A stretch of 64,000 nucleotides of DNA. Source: an uncultured Spirochaetaceae bacterium (GTDB lineage: Bacteria > Spirochaetota > Spirochaetia > DSM-27196 > PWMO01). The notes below the pieces were generated by a model. That model did no database searches. It had not been told where the DNA came from and saw nothing but the letters and a program-made list of their open reading frames with translations. The position numbers and the translations under genes are program-made. Within the stretch, counting starts at the first letter, position 1; each line of letters starts with the position of its first letter. Positions 29,476 through 40,200 of the stretch are shown here, piece by piece. The stretch covers positions 391 through 64,390 of the forward strand of contig CAZZIE010000001.1 in the NCBI GenBank assembly GCA_964654185.1, in the 5' to 3' direction.

Positions 29476-30399
29476 ATGAACACAAAGCGATGGATTGTCC
29501 TTCCGTTTCTGCTCGCAATGACCGCTTTGTCCGCATGGGCTTTCGGTCAGGTGGAGATGCAAGACGTCTCCGGAACCATTACCGGAACCTACGACTACTC
29601 CAACGAGCTCGTCGTGACGGAGCCCTTCACCGTCTCCTACAGCGGCTCGAACGCCGTCGACTACTACATTGCCTTCTCAGCCGGCAGCTCCGGGGACGTG
29701 AACAACCGCACCCTCACGGATGGGTCCGGGAACACCCTGTCCTATCAGGTCATGGACTCTGCAACCTCCCGGAACGTCCTCCTGAACAACGCGAACGCGC
29801 AGACCACCGACGATGTGCTTGCCGGCAGCTTCTCCGGGGCGGGGCAAGAGGCGCAGAGCTTCGACATCGTCACCTTTGCCGGGCAATTCCCCCCGGCAGG
29901 ACAGTACACCGACACCCTTACGCTTACCTCCTACACCGGCTCGGTCGGGTCCGGCAGCCTCTCACGATTCGCCTTCACCACGGTGGATGTGACCGTCCCT
30001 TCGGTTGTGGAACTCTCCCTGGTCGATCCGGGAGCGCCCTTCAACCTGGCGCAGTCGGACTATCTTCTGGATTTCGGTGCCCTGTCGGCGGGAAACACGC
30101 GGCAGGTGGATCTGGTCGTCCGGTCCAATGAGACCTTCGGCGTCTCCATTGAGTCGGCGAACGCCGGCGTCATGGCCATACAACTTGCGGGAGACTCGAG
30201 CACCGTTCCCTACGTGCTCTCCGTGGATGGCTCCGCCGTCGACCTCTCCGGCGGCACGCCGGTGTCCGTGCTCTCCTCGGTGGGACCGACCGCCCTCACG
30301 GGAAGTCGCTATTCGATTTCGGTGCAGATTCAGAGCTTCGGCAACGTAACCGAGGGCGTCTACCAGGACGATCTGACGATTGTCGTGACGGCACAGTAG
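29476..30399 (+). CDS. two-domain SCPU-type fimbrial subunit (candidate tip adhesin)
   Basis: 307 aa with a signal peptide and two SCPU-like modules, each ending in the Y-x-D-x-L-T motif (GQYTDTLTLTSY and GVYQDDLTIVVTAQ). Confidence 0.6.
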   Translation: MNTKRWIVLPFLLAMTALSAWAFGQVEMQDVSGTITGTYDYSNELVVTEPFTVSYSGSNAVDYYIAFSAGSSGDVNNRTLTDGSGNTLSYQVMDSATSRNVLLNNANAQTTDDVLAGSFSGAGQEAQSFDIVTFAGQFPPAGQYTDTLTLTSYTGSVGSGSLSRFAFTTVDVTVPSVVELSLVDPGAPFNLAQSDYLLDFGALSAGNTRQVDLVVRSNETFGVSIESANAGVMAIQLAGDSSTVPYVLSVDGSAVDLSGGTPVSVLSSVGPTALTGSRYSISVQIQSFGNVTEGVYQDDLTIVVTAQ

Positions 30400-30504
30400 C
30401 GCCTTCGGCGCGATGCCAACGGGGTGACCGCCACGGCACCGCGCTCCGCCGCGGCGTCGTCCGCGGGCGGGGCGCGACCGGCGCGATTCGGGCCCTCAGC
30501 GGCC

Positions 30505-30530
30505 CTCATCAGCGGTCCTCATCAGCGGTC
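30505..30530. repeat. perfect 13-bp tandem duplication containing the stop codon of the downstream (minus-strand) gene
   Basis: ctcatcagcggtc occurs at 30505-30517 and 30518-30530, with a degenerate third copy just upstream. The used stop is tca at 30522-30524. Confidence 0.9.
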
Positions 30531-30935
30531 CTTCCGGGCGGCGGCCAACTGCTGCTCGAAGCCGGTCGTATCGATGTATTCGCGGCACCGGACGATCTGG
30601 TCGTTCTCCAGCTCGAACACCACCGCCGCGCTCACCTTGAGGGGAACGTTGTCGAAGCGCTCGCCCTGGAACACGCCGGTGAAGTGACCGGAACCGTCGA
30701 ACTCCACCATGACGGTGTCGTCCTTCGAACAGAGGTGGCGGATCTCGTAGGACCAATCCGGCATGTCCCGATAATCTTCCTGCACCTCCGTCAGGTAGTT
30801 CTCCCGGCCCTGGATCTCCTCACCCAGTCCGACCGTGTAGTACACGACATCCTCGGCGACTTGCTCTTTCCAGCGGTTCCAGTCGCGGTTGTTCTCCGCA
30901 TCCAGGAATTCGCGAACGATCTCTTCACTTTCCAT
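30522..30935 (-). CDS. SnoaL/NTF2-like fold protein
   Basis: 137 aa from ATG 30935 (GAGGGG RBS). The pattern EEIVREFLDAENNRDWNRW ... and the size fit the NTF2-like superfamily. Confidence 0.6.
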   Translation of the reverse strand: MESEEIVREFLDAENNRDWNRWKEQVAEDVVYYTVGLGEEIQGRENYLTEVQEDYRDMPDWSYEIRHLCSKDDTVMVEFDGSGHFTGVFQGERFDNVPLKVSAAVVFELENDQIVRCREYIDTTGFEQQLAAARKDR

Positions 30936-31037
30936 AGGCCCCTCAGTGTACGGCACGTGCGACACCCTTGCAAAGTCGCCGTTTCCTTGAAGCAGTAGAA
31001 GTACTCTCGATGTGAAGCAGGGCAAGGAGGTATCTCC

Positions 31038-31814
31038 ATGCCCGTTACGCTTCCAGGCCAGGATTCGGCCGCACCCGCCGGGGCCGAGCGGTTCCCCGCC
31101 GACCGACGCGATCGCCCCTCTCCATCACGGCGGGGAAGCCGTCTGCCCGGGCTCATGCCCGCCCGGCGGCTGCGGCGTGCCGCACGCCCCCTCGCCCTGC
31201 TGTTTCCGGCCATCCCGGTTCTCACCGGCTGTGCCGCCGGCTTCGACGGCGCCCTCGGCGGCGCATTCGACGCCGCGCCCTTTGTCTATGAAGACCTGGC
31301 CGTCGTGCACGGGGCGGTTCCCGACTGTCACGAGCACCTTGGCCTCTACGTCTCCATCCGGAATACCTCGGCGAAGGCTTTCTCCGCCTTCTCGCACTCC
31401 TTCTATCTCTTCACCGAGGACGGGACGCCCCTCGGCACGGTTCAGACGCGCCGGGTTCGCGGTGAGGTGGAGGCATCCCTCCAACCCGGCGACGCCGAGG
31501 GCTACTGCACCTCCCTGGACTCGGTCTTTCACTTCCTTCCGGCTGAGACCACCGAAGTCCGGCAATACCGGATCGATGAAATTCGCTTCGACGACGGCGG
31601 CCGATGGCGCCCGGTCACCGCCTCCTACGCCTACCCCTACCCGGCGCGCGCGGAACAGGCCGGGGAGGCCGGGGCGGCGGCGCAGCACGCGGATGCCCCG
31701 CGGCCGGACCGGTCCGGCCGCGCAGATCCCCCGAGGCCGCGCCGGCTCGACCGAGCGGCACGCAGCTCAGCAGCCGCCCCGGCGGCCGCTCCCTTCCGGG
31801 AGGCCGCCCCATGA
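31038..31814 (+). CDS. hypothetical lipoprotein (first gene of the RHS operon)
   Basis: Strong AAGGAGG RBS 7 nt before ATG 31038. An Arg-rich n-region (ARRLRRAARP) is followed by LALLFPAIPVLTGC (lipobox). An alternative start is at 31155. The stop overlaps the next start (ATGA). Confidence 0.55.
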   Translation: MPVTLPGQDSAAPAGAERFPADRRDRPSPSRRGSRLPGLMPARRLRRAARPLALLFPAIPVLTGCAAGFDGALGGAFDAAPFVYEDLAVVHGAVPDCHEHLGLYVSIRNTSAKAFSAFSHSFYLFTEDGTPLGTVQTRRVRGEVEASLQPGDAEGYCTSLDSVFHFLPAETTEVRQYRIDEIRFDDGGRWRPVTASYAYPYPARAEQAGEAGAAAQHADAPRPDRSGRADPPRPRRLDRAARSSAAAPAAAPFREAAP

Positions 31815-34225
31815 GCCACCGGCCGCCGCGCAGCCCCGCGATCCCGGCGTCCATCGCCGTCGCCGCCGCTGTCTTTGCCGCCGTTCTCTCGGCCTGCGAC
31901 GCCCCCTTCGCGGCAAGGCTCCAGCCGACCGCGCCCGTCCGCCCACCTGTCACCGTCACCACTCGCGTCGAGCCGGCAAGCGCCGGGACCGTGACCGTAA
32001 CCGGTGCGGCCGCCCCCTACCGTCGCGGAGACCACCTGCAAGTCACCGCCCACCCGGCTGAGGGGTGGCGCCTCCTCGGCTGGACCACGGAGCTGGGTGC
32101 CGCCGGCGCGCAGAGCGCCGGTGCGGCGGATCCCGGCCCTCTGGGGGCCGCCCCCGCCGCGGCGAGCCCTGGCCCCGCCGCCGGGACCAGCCCCGGCCCT
32201 GCGGCCGCCCCCGCCGCGGCGAGCCCTGGCCCTGCGGCCAGCCCCAGTCCCGGCCCTGCTGCCGGCGAGCCCACCGCTGCGGCGGGCGCCGCCCCACGAA
32301 CCGCCGCGGGCAGCGCCGCGGCCGGCCCGGCCTCCCCGCCCGCTAACCCCCTCTCCCTGGTTCTGTCGGAGAGCGTCACCGTCATTGCGCGTTTCGGACC
32401 GGCTGCCTACGCCGTCACGACGGACGTCCTGGGGAACGGCACGGTTCAGGTCTCCGGTGACGGATGGCAGCCCGGGACGCCGGAGGGCAGCGCGGATCCC
32501 GACGGAACCGCCGCTCCCGGGGCTGAGATCACCTTCGAGGCGGTACCTGCCGCCGGAAACGGCTTCTCCCACTGGGAGGGGAGCGCCGCCGGCGCGGCCA
32601 ACCCCGCGACCCTGACGGTCGCCGAGCCCCTTGACCTCACCGCGGTCTTCTCGGCGGAACAGTTTGCCCTCTCGTACGAAGCGGTCGGGGAGGGGAGCAT
32701 TGCCGTCGAGGTTGTCGACGGCGCGGCCGGAGGTGATACCGAGGCCGGGAGCGCCGATCCGACCGAGGGTGTCGTCTATGGAAGCGAGGTCCGTCTCACT
32801 GCCGAACCCGCGCCGGGCTGGCGCTTCCTCCACTGGGGGGACGACCCGGCGGACGCCGCGAACCCGAAAACCCTGACCGTCACGGGCAGTCGGCACATCC
32901 GAGCCGTCTTCGCCGCCAACGAGTGGACCGTTCTCCTCTACATGAACGGCGACAACGAGCTCGAAGCCAATCTCCTGGAAGATGTCAACGAGCTCGAAGC
33001 GGTGGATCTCTCCGGAACCGGCGTCACCGTGGTGGCGCTGGTCGACCGCGCCGACGGGCACGCCACGAGCAACGGTGACTGGCGGGGCACCCGGCTCTAC
33101 CGCATTTCCTTCGATCCCGACGGCACCAATACCGCCCTGGTCTCTCATCGTCTCGCAAGCGCCCGGATGGGCCTGAGCGATACCGGCGACGACGAAGAGC
33201 TCAATCTGGGAAGCGCGGCAACGCTATCGGATTTCCTGGATTTCGCTGCGGCGGAGTTTCCGGCTGAGAACACCGCCCTCATCTTCTGGGGGCACGGCGG
33301 CGGCTACCGGGCTGCATCGGGAGCGCGTACAGCTGCCGGAAGATACGGTCACGGCCACACTGGCGCTGCGACATGGTCGATCCCGGGACCCCGCGGAAAG
33401 GCGCCACTCTCCACCGCAGGACACCGGGCGGTCACCGTCGACGACGGAAGCGGCGGGGACCACCTTCTCACGCCCGAGCTCGGGGGCGCCCTTGCCGGGC
33501 GCGATCTCGATGTCCTGGCCTTCGACCTCTGCTACGGGGCGCTCCTCGAAGTTGCGTATGAGGTGCGCACTTCTGCGGAGCTGTTCATTGCCTCCCAGGA
33601 CGTCGTCGGCGCCGACGGCTGGGAGTATGACCGCTTCCTCGATCGCTTCCTCCAGGGTCCGCGCGACCCGGCGGATTTCGCCGCCGCTGCAACGGACGTC
33701 TTCGAAGCGAGCCACGCCCAGGCGCACCGCGCCACGATCTCCGTCCTGGACCTGGCAGAGATCGATGGTGTCGCCTCCGCGCTGGACGACCTCTCGGTGG
33801 CACTGGTCGAGTGGATAGCTGCAGGCAGCGCCTCACAGCGCCGGGCAACGCTCCGCGACGGGATCTTCTCGCAGGTCGAGGATTTCTATGCGACCCCCGG
33901 AGACCTCAACATCGACCTGCGGGACCTCTCACGGTACGTCGCGTCGGATCTCGGCGCCGCTTCCGCGGAGGCGGCCGCCCTGGATGCGGCGGTGGCGCAG
34001 GCGGTGCTGTACTCCTGGGCCGGTCCGGGGAACCCCCGCGCAGGGGGACTGAGCGTACACTACGTTCCGCTCGACTCCCTGGGATATCCCGTCGTCCATG
34101 CGGACTCCTACTTCGCCGACCAGACCGCCACGCCACCGCTTTCCTTCGTTGGGGCCTCCGAGTGGGTGCCCAACCCGAGTACCGGGACGGGACTCCTCTA
34201 TCGGCTCTGGTACGAGGCGCTCTGA
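31811..34225 (+). CDS. lipoprotein with InlB-B-repeat-like modules and a C-terminal peptidase C11 (clostripain-fold) domain
   Basis: N-terminus AVFAAVLSAC (lipobox). Three repeats of the type V.V...G.G.V ... GW.F.GW are separated by Ala/Pro linkers. The C11-like core is EWTVLLYMNGDNELE, VVALVDRADGH, a His in FWGHGGG and a Cys in AFDLCYGA. GGGAGG RBS. The ORF-track start at 31604 is an overlap artefact. Confidence 0.75.
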   Translation: MSHRPPRSPAIPASIAVAAAVFAAVLSACDAPFAARLQPTAPVRPPVTVTTRVEPASAGTVTVTGAAAPYRRGDHLQVTAHPAEGWRLLGWTTELGAAGAQSAGAADPGPLGAAPAAASPGPAAGTSPGPAAAPAAASPGPAASPSPGPAAGEPTAAAGAAPRTAAGSAAAGPASPPANPLSLVLSESVTVIARFGPAAYAVTTDVLGNGTVQVSGDGWQPGTPEGSADPDGTAAPGAEITFEAVPAAGNGFSHWEGSAAGAANPATLTVAEPLDLTAVFSAEQFALSYEAVGEGSIAVEVVDGAAGGDTEAGSADPTEGVVYGSEVRLTAEPAPGWRFLHWGDDPADAANPKTLTVTGSRHIRAVFAANEWTVLLYMNGDNELEANLLEDVNELEAVDLSGTGVTVVALVDRADGHATSNGDWRGTRLYRISFDPDGTNTALVSHRLASARMGLSDTGDDEELNLGSAATLSDFLDFAAAEFPAENTALIFWGHGGGYRAASGARTAAGRYGHGHTGAATWSIPGPRGKAPLSTAGHRAVTVDDGSGGDHLLTPELGGALAGRDLDVLAFDLCYGALLEVAYEVRTSAELFIASQDVVGADGWEYDRFLDRFLQGPRDPADFAAAATDVFEASHAQAHRATISVLDLAEIDGVASALDDLSVALVEWIAAGSASQRRATLRDGIFSQVEDFYATPGDLNIDLRDLSRYVASDLGAASAEAAALDAAVAQAVLYSWAGPGNPRAGGLSVHYVPLDSLGYPVVHADSYFADQTATPPLSFVGASEWVPNPSTGTGLLYRLWYEAL

Positions 34226-37200
34226 TGGGCCGGCTAGGTCTGGTAACGGCGATCTGGGGCGTCGGGATGTGTGCGATTGTCGCCGTTGAGCGCGCGGATG
34301 CCTCCACCTGCACGAAGCCGGTGGTGTGCTGGGACGGCTCCTGCGTCTACTTCAGCGATCAGTGCCCGCCCGAGCCGCCTCCCGATGATGGCCCCTCGGA
34401 TGGGGATGGAGACGGCATCCCGGATGGTGCCGACAACTGCCCGGGCACGGCAAACGCCGGACAGGCCGACTCGGACGGAGATGGCACCGGTGACGCCTGC
34501 GACTCGACTCCTCATGGCGGATCCGGAGGCGGAGGATCCGGCGGAGGGGGCTCCGGTGGAGGAGCGGGTGGTAGTGACGAGTTCGACGGCGTCGTAAACA
34601 GCCGCGGGGAGATCGACGACGCCCTCGATCACGCCGACGGGAACCTGGACGAGAGCGACGACTACTTCGACATTCCGTCCTCTCTGGACACCGCCGTGCC
34701 GGGTGCCAAAGGTGATCTCGAGGACATAACCGATCCCGCCGACGGCTCCCTCTCCAAAGTTCAGAATGAGGCTGATGATCTCGACAGCGCCGTGACGGCC
34801 GGCGAGAAGGCCCTCGAGGAGTTCGACGATCCGGTGGGTTCAGCGGACAAGCTTTCCGAATCCCACGTTGAGATAACGAGTGTGGACGTCCCGGCTCTCG
34901 AGTCTGCGGCGGGAGAGCTCGCGCTGACGGCGGGCATCGGTGGGGGCGGCGCCGTGGCGAACCACGGAGCCGCGGCGGACTACATTGCGGCAGGCGTTCA
35001 CTATGAGAGCGTCTCCGGCGCTGCCGAGGAGGTCGCAGAGGCCGCCGCCGAATCACGCGAGATTCTGGCGACCATGACGGAGGGTGCGACCGCAGCCACC
35101 GACGCGCTCGTCGATACCGAACGCACCTACGCCGCCGAGCGAGGCGGCGATCCCGTCGCCCTTGCCACGGGCACCTTCTTCACGCAGGAGACCGATCTCG
35201 CCGTGGCAACTCCGGCGCAGGTGCTCCTCCGGTTGCCCGAGGAGCTGCCCGGCCTGGGGGTCCTCGCCGCGCGGACCCCCGGTGCGGACAACTCCCTCGC
35301 GGGTGCTGCGGCGGCCGCTGCGGGGGACGCTACGCTGATCTTCCGCCGATACTACAACAGCTCCGCAGGGTCCGGCCACGCCGGGGGTACGGTCGCCATC
35401 GACGGCGTCACCGGTGCTGCCGGCAGCACCGGAACTCTGGGGCCGGGGTGGCGTCACTCCTTTCAGAGTCGCCTCTTCATTGGATACGACGGTGTCACCG
35501 CCGCCGAGGTGCGGGAGCTCCAGGAGCGCTCCTCCCGGGCGGCGACCCGGGTCCGGGAGGCACGAGACACCCTGGAGGATGCGCGGCGGAGTGCCGCATC
35601 CGCCGTCGAGGGGTACCGGGACTCCCTGGAGCTTGCCGAGGCGCTCGCGGTGGGGTGGCGGGACCTGAGAGATGCAGCTCTCGCCGCCGCCGAGGAAGGG
35701 GCGGAACTGCGGCGCGCCGCCGGGGAAGCGGATGAGCAGGTTGCGCCGTCGCACGCCGCGTCTGCGGAGGAGCTGGTGGCGCGAGCAGACGAGATCGAAG
35801 CGAGCCTTGCGGAGCTGGATGACCGTTTCAGCGGGCTCATCCGGCGCGCCGACAGAGCCGAGCGGAACGCCGAGAGTGCGCGCAGCTCCTACCAGGCGGT
35901 CATCGACTTTGTCGATGGGCTTCTCGTTGAGTGGAACTCCGACCAGGACGCCCGCGCCTCCGCGACCGCCGGAGTGACGACCGCCCTGGATCAGCGCGAC
36001 CGCGCGGCGGAGCATGAGGAGTCGCTGCGGAATCGAGTGAGCTCCATCGCGGACGCCCTGGCGAAGGTAGAGGACCTCGGCACCGACGAGCTTGACCGCG
36101 TCTCGGCCCTGCGCGACCGAACTGAGCACGTCCTCTCGGTAACGGGCGTCTTCCCGGATGATCCCGCCGCCTACGCGCCGTATGTGCGAGCGCAGGCGGG
36201 ATACCGCGAAGCCGTCGAGTTGCGAGACGGCCTCCTGCCGACCGGACTTGCCGCGGCGGAGCAGCGGCTCCGGGCAATCGAGACGGAGGGGCCCGTCATC
36301 ATCGGCACAATGGAGGAGAGCCGGGAGGTCACCGAGGCCGTCGCGGAGGACGCAGGAAACCGCAGCGACTACGCGGTCTCGGCGGCGCGTCGCAACGGTG
36401 CGCTCCCGTCCGGGGCGGACCCCGGCGCAACAGGGATGGGCACCTTCACCGTGATCGGCGCCGACGGTGCGCCCAGGCTCTTCCGGACCGGTGCGGAGCC
36501 CGCCTTTGCCGGGCCGACGAGTATCGGTGACGGCCTCGTCCACTACTACCGGCGCGACGTCACGGCGCACCCCGACGCACCCGGCGATTACGGACGCCTC
36601 ATCGTCCGGCGCGACGGGAGCTACATCCTGGAGGAGCGCAACGGCACCGAGCATCGGTACGATGCCTACGGGCGGCTGACAGGCGTTACCGCCCGGGGCG
36701 GTGCAGCGGTGACCCTGGAGTACGAGGGCCTCGGCGAAGGGGGACGTTTGCGCCGCGTCGTCGACGACGCCGGAAGGACGCTTGCCCTGCAGTACGACCG
36801 CGACCGTCTCGTCGAGGTCGCCGGGCCCGACGGCGCCGCGGTTCGCTACGGGTACGACGGCCAGGGGCGGCTTCACTCCGTAACTGATCCGAGTGGCCGC
36901 ACTCGGCACTATCGCTACCGGGGGCACCTTCTCACCTTCATCGGGACACCGCGACACGTAGCGGCCAGCGCCGAAGCGCCGTCGGGCGGTGGCGCCGCCG
37001 CGCCGGATCATGCCGACGGACCGGGCCGGCGCTACAACTACGAGCGGCGCGACGGGCGCGACGTCGTGACATGGACGGAGGATGAGGCGGGCCACCGTGA
37101 GCTCTTCAGCTACCATCCCGGTGAGAGCCCTTACGGCGCGGGCTACACCAAGCACACGGGCTACCACGACTGGACGGAAGCCGGCGCCGCCGTGACCACG

Positions 37201-40200
37201 AGGACCCACTATGACACCAACCTGCGGACCGTCCGTCGGGAGTGGCTGAACTCCGACGGCGTCGTTGCCGCCTGGGAGTCCTTTGTGCACGACGCGGCTG
37301 GCAACGTCGTTCGGCGCGAAGCGGGTGGCGACGGCGTCCGCCGCGTATGGCGCTTCGCCTACGACGGTGACGGCAATCTCGTGGCCCGGATCGATCCGGA
37401 CGGCGTCGAAGAGAGCTGGGAGTACGATGCCGACGGCAATGTGACCGCCCACACCAATGGCGCAGGCGAAACTACGCGATTGACCTGCGACGCTTCAGGG
37501 AGGCTCACCGGCGCGCACTACCCGACCGGCGCCGCCTTTCGGTACCGCTACGACACCGAGGGAAATCTCACGGAGATTCGGCGTCTCCTGAACGGGCGGT
37601 GGCACGCGACGCGGCTCGTCTATGGTCGCCATGGGTACCCGACCTCCGTGGAGTACCCGGATGGAGCCACGGCCGCACTTCGCCACGACGCGTATGGACG
37701 TCCGGCCGCCCATATCTCGCGCCTCGGACTGGCAACGGAGGACCGTCGGGGGCCGGCGGGGCGACTTCTGGAGCGCTCATACGCAGACGGGAGCGCCGAA
37801 GTCTTTCGGTACGACGCCGCCGGAAACCTGACGGAGACGAAGGATCGCCTCGGCCACGTCACGCGTTACGAGCACGACCCGCGTGGACTCGTCACCAGTG
37901 TGTTTCGGGAACGCATTGTCGATGTGGAGACCGGGGCGAATACCGTGGACGCAAGGACCTACCGATACCGTGCGGACGGCCGCCTGGCCGAACGGCGGGC
38001 GGGCCGCCGGGAAGGGGGCGAGTCGGCGCAGTGGCGGTACGACTACGACTATCGGGGCCGTCTCATCCGGGAGGAGGAAACCACCACGGGAACCCTCACG
38101 CGCTACGCCTACGACGCAGCGGGGAATCTGGTCGAACGCGCAACCGAGCCGACCGGTGTCGCGCCCGCCGGCGCGGGGACGGGTGCGGCGGCGGGTGCGG
38201 GGGCGGGCGCGGCGGGTGTCCCGGCCACGGCCCGGACCTTCGTCACGAAGTACGGCTATTCACCGGCCGGCCGCCTGGAGTGGACCGAAAACGGTGCAGG
38301 CGAGCGGACCCGCTTCGACCGCGACGGAGCCGGGGAGGTGACCGCCGCAATTGATCCGGCAGGACACCGGACACGGATTCGCCGGGACACTGCCGGGCGC
38401 ACCATCCTCACGACCGCGGTGCCCGGGGCGCCGCCGGAGGTGCGGCGCTTCGACGAGGCGGGGCATCTCATCGAGCTCAGCGACCCCGACGGCAGCACCT
38501 GGCGCTACGAGTACGACCCCGCCGGGCGCATCCGCCGCGAGAGCGCCCCGGACGGCGGCGAGACCACCTACACCTACCGCCATCTCACCCCCGGCATGGA
38601 GGTCACTCGCACCGACCCTCTGGGCAACGACTGGGTCCTGCGATTCGACGCCGCCGGTCGCCGCATCGGGGCAGTCGACCCGACCGGCGCCGAGACCAGC
38701 TTCGAGCGGGACGCAGCCGGCAGAATCACTACAGTGATCGATGCTCACGGCAACCGCCGCAGCTACGTCTACGACGCTGTCGGCAACGTCCTTGCCCGGA
38801 TGGATGCGTACGGTAACGGCCGCACCTTCACCTACGACGCGCTGGGCCACCCCGCCTCCGTCACGCTCCCGACTGGTGAGACGACGCGCTTCGGCTACGA
38901 CGCACTGGGCCGGCGCCGCTGGATCGAAGAACCCCTCGGCAACCGCACGCACTTCACCTACGACGTGGCGGGAAACCTCCTGGCCACGGAAACCCCGATG
39001 GGTCTGACCCGGCGCTTCACCTACGACGCTGCCGGACGCGCCGTTGCGCGGATCGAGCCGGACGGTGCGACCTACCGGTACGAGTATGACGCGCGGGGGC
39101 GCACCACGGGTGAGATCGATCCGACCGGAAGCGTTCGTCGGTACGAGTACGAGGAGAACGCCCGCGGCAACCTCATCGCGGAGGTCAACCGCCTGGGCGC
39201 GCGAAGGACCATCTCCTACGGTGCCGCCGGACGCATCGACTCAATGACTGACTTCAACGGCGTTCTCCATGACTTCGACTACGATCCCGCAGGACGGTTG
39301 ATCCGAGAGGTGGCCGAGGGGGAGGTGGTCCGCGCCTTCGAGTACGACGTGCGGGGAGATCTGGTGCGCGCGGCCAGCCCGGCCGCCGCGCTGGAGTTCG
39401 ACTACGACGAGCGGGGGCTTCTGGTCGAGAGCCGGGACCGGGACGCGGAGGTCGCCGTCGCCTACGAGTACGATGCCGCAGGGCGCCGCACCCGCGTCCT
39501 CACCGAGGGCTACGAGATCGCAACCTCCTACGGCGCCATGGGGGAGGTGCGGGAGGTCGCCTTCGACGACGGGTCGGCCTTCGGCGCAGGGGAGGGGCGG
39601 ATCCGCCTGGAGTACGACGAAAGCCTCCGCGAGCGCGTGCGCCGTTTTGCCGGGAGCCTGGTCGCCGAGCGCCACTATGATGAGGCGGGGCGCCTCGCCG
39701 GAGTGGTTCATCGAGGGGGCGGTGGCGTCGCCGGTGAGGTCCTGGACGCGGAGGCCTACGTCTACGATCGGGACGGGCGGCGCATCTACACGGTGGACGA
39801 GGCTGGTGGCCTCACCGCGTACCGGTACGACACCGCGGGTCGTCTGGCTGCGGCGCTCTATCCTCACGAGGATGGTGTGGTGGCGTCTCACCTTCGACAG
39901 CTCAAGGCAGTCGGCATGGTGTCGCCGCCGGCGCAGGCGGACCGGCTTGGTACCATTGGCGCGGCCACCGGTTCGCGCGGCGGCTCGCGCGGCAGCTCCG
40001 TCGCGGTTGCGGGACGGATCACCATTCCCTCTGAAGAGAGGGATCTCATCCGGGAGGTTACGGAGCAGGTCCTCCCTCGGCGCAAGGGCGGCACGTTCCT
40101 CTCTCGGGAGATGTGGGGCGAGAGCTTCACGTACGACGAGCGGGGCAACCTCACCGGGGTGGCCACACCGCTCGGGACGATCGGGTTTGCCTACGACGCT

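Noticed and set aside
33811-34224. N-terminal extensions of ORF-track entries: RHS from 33811, C11 from 31604, aceE to 21792, prs from 21709, PEBP to 57830, UPF0182 from 57773, HK from 46702, kaiB from 46407.
   Set aside because: The extensions overlap the preceding gene or intergenic DNA and have Arg/Pro-rich nonsense composition. Internal starts have good RBS spacing and give native-looking N-termini (signal peptides, conserved first motifs).
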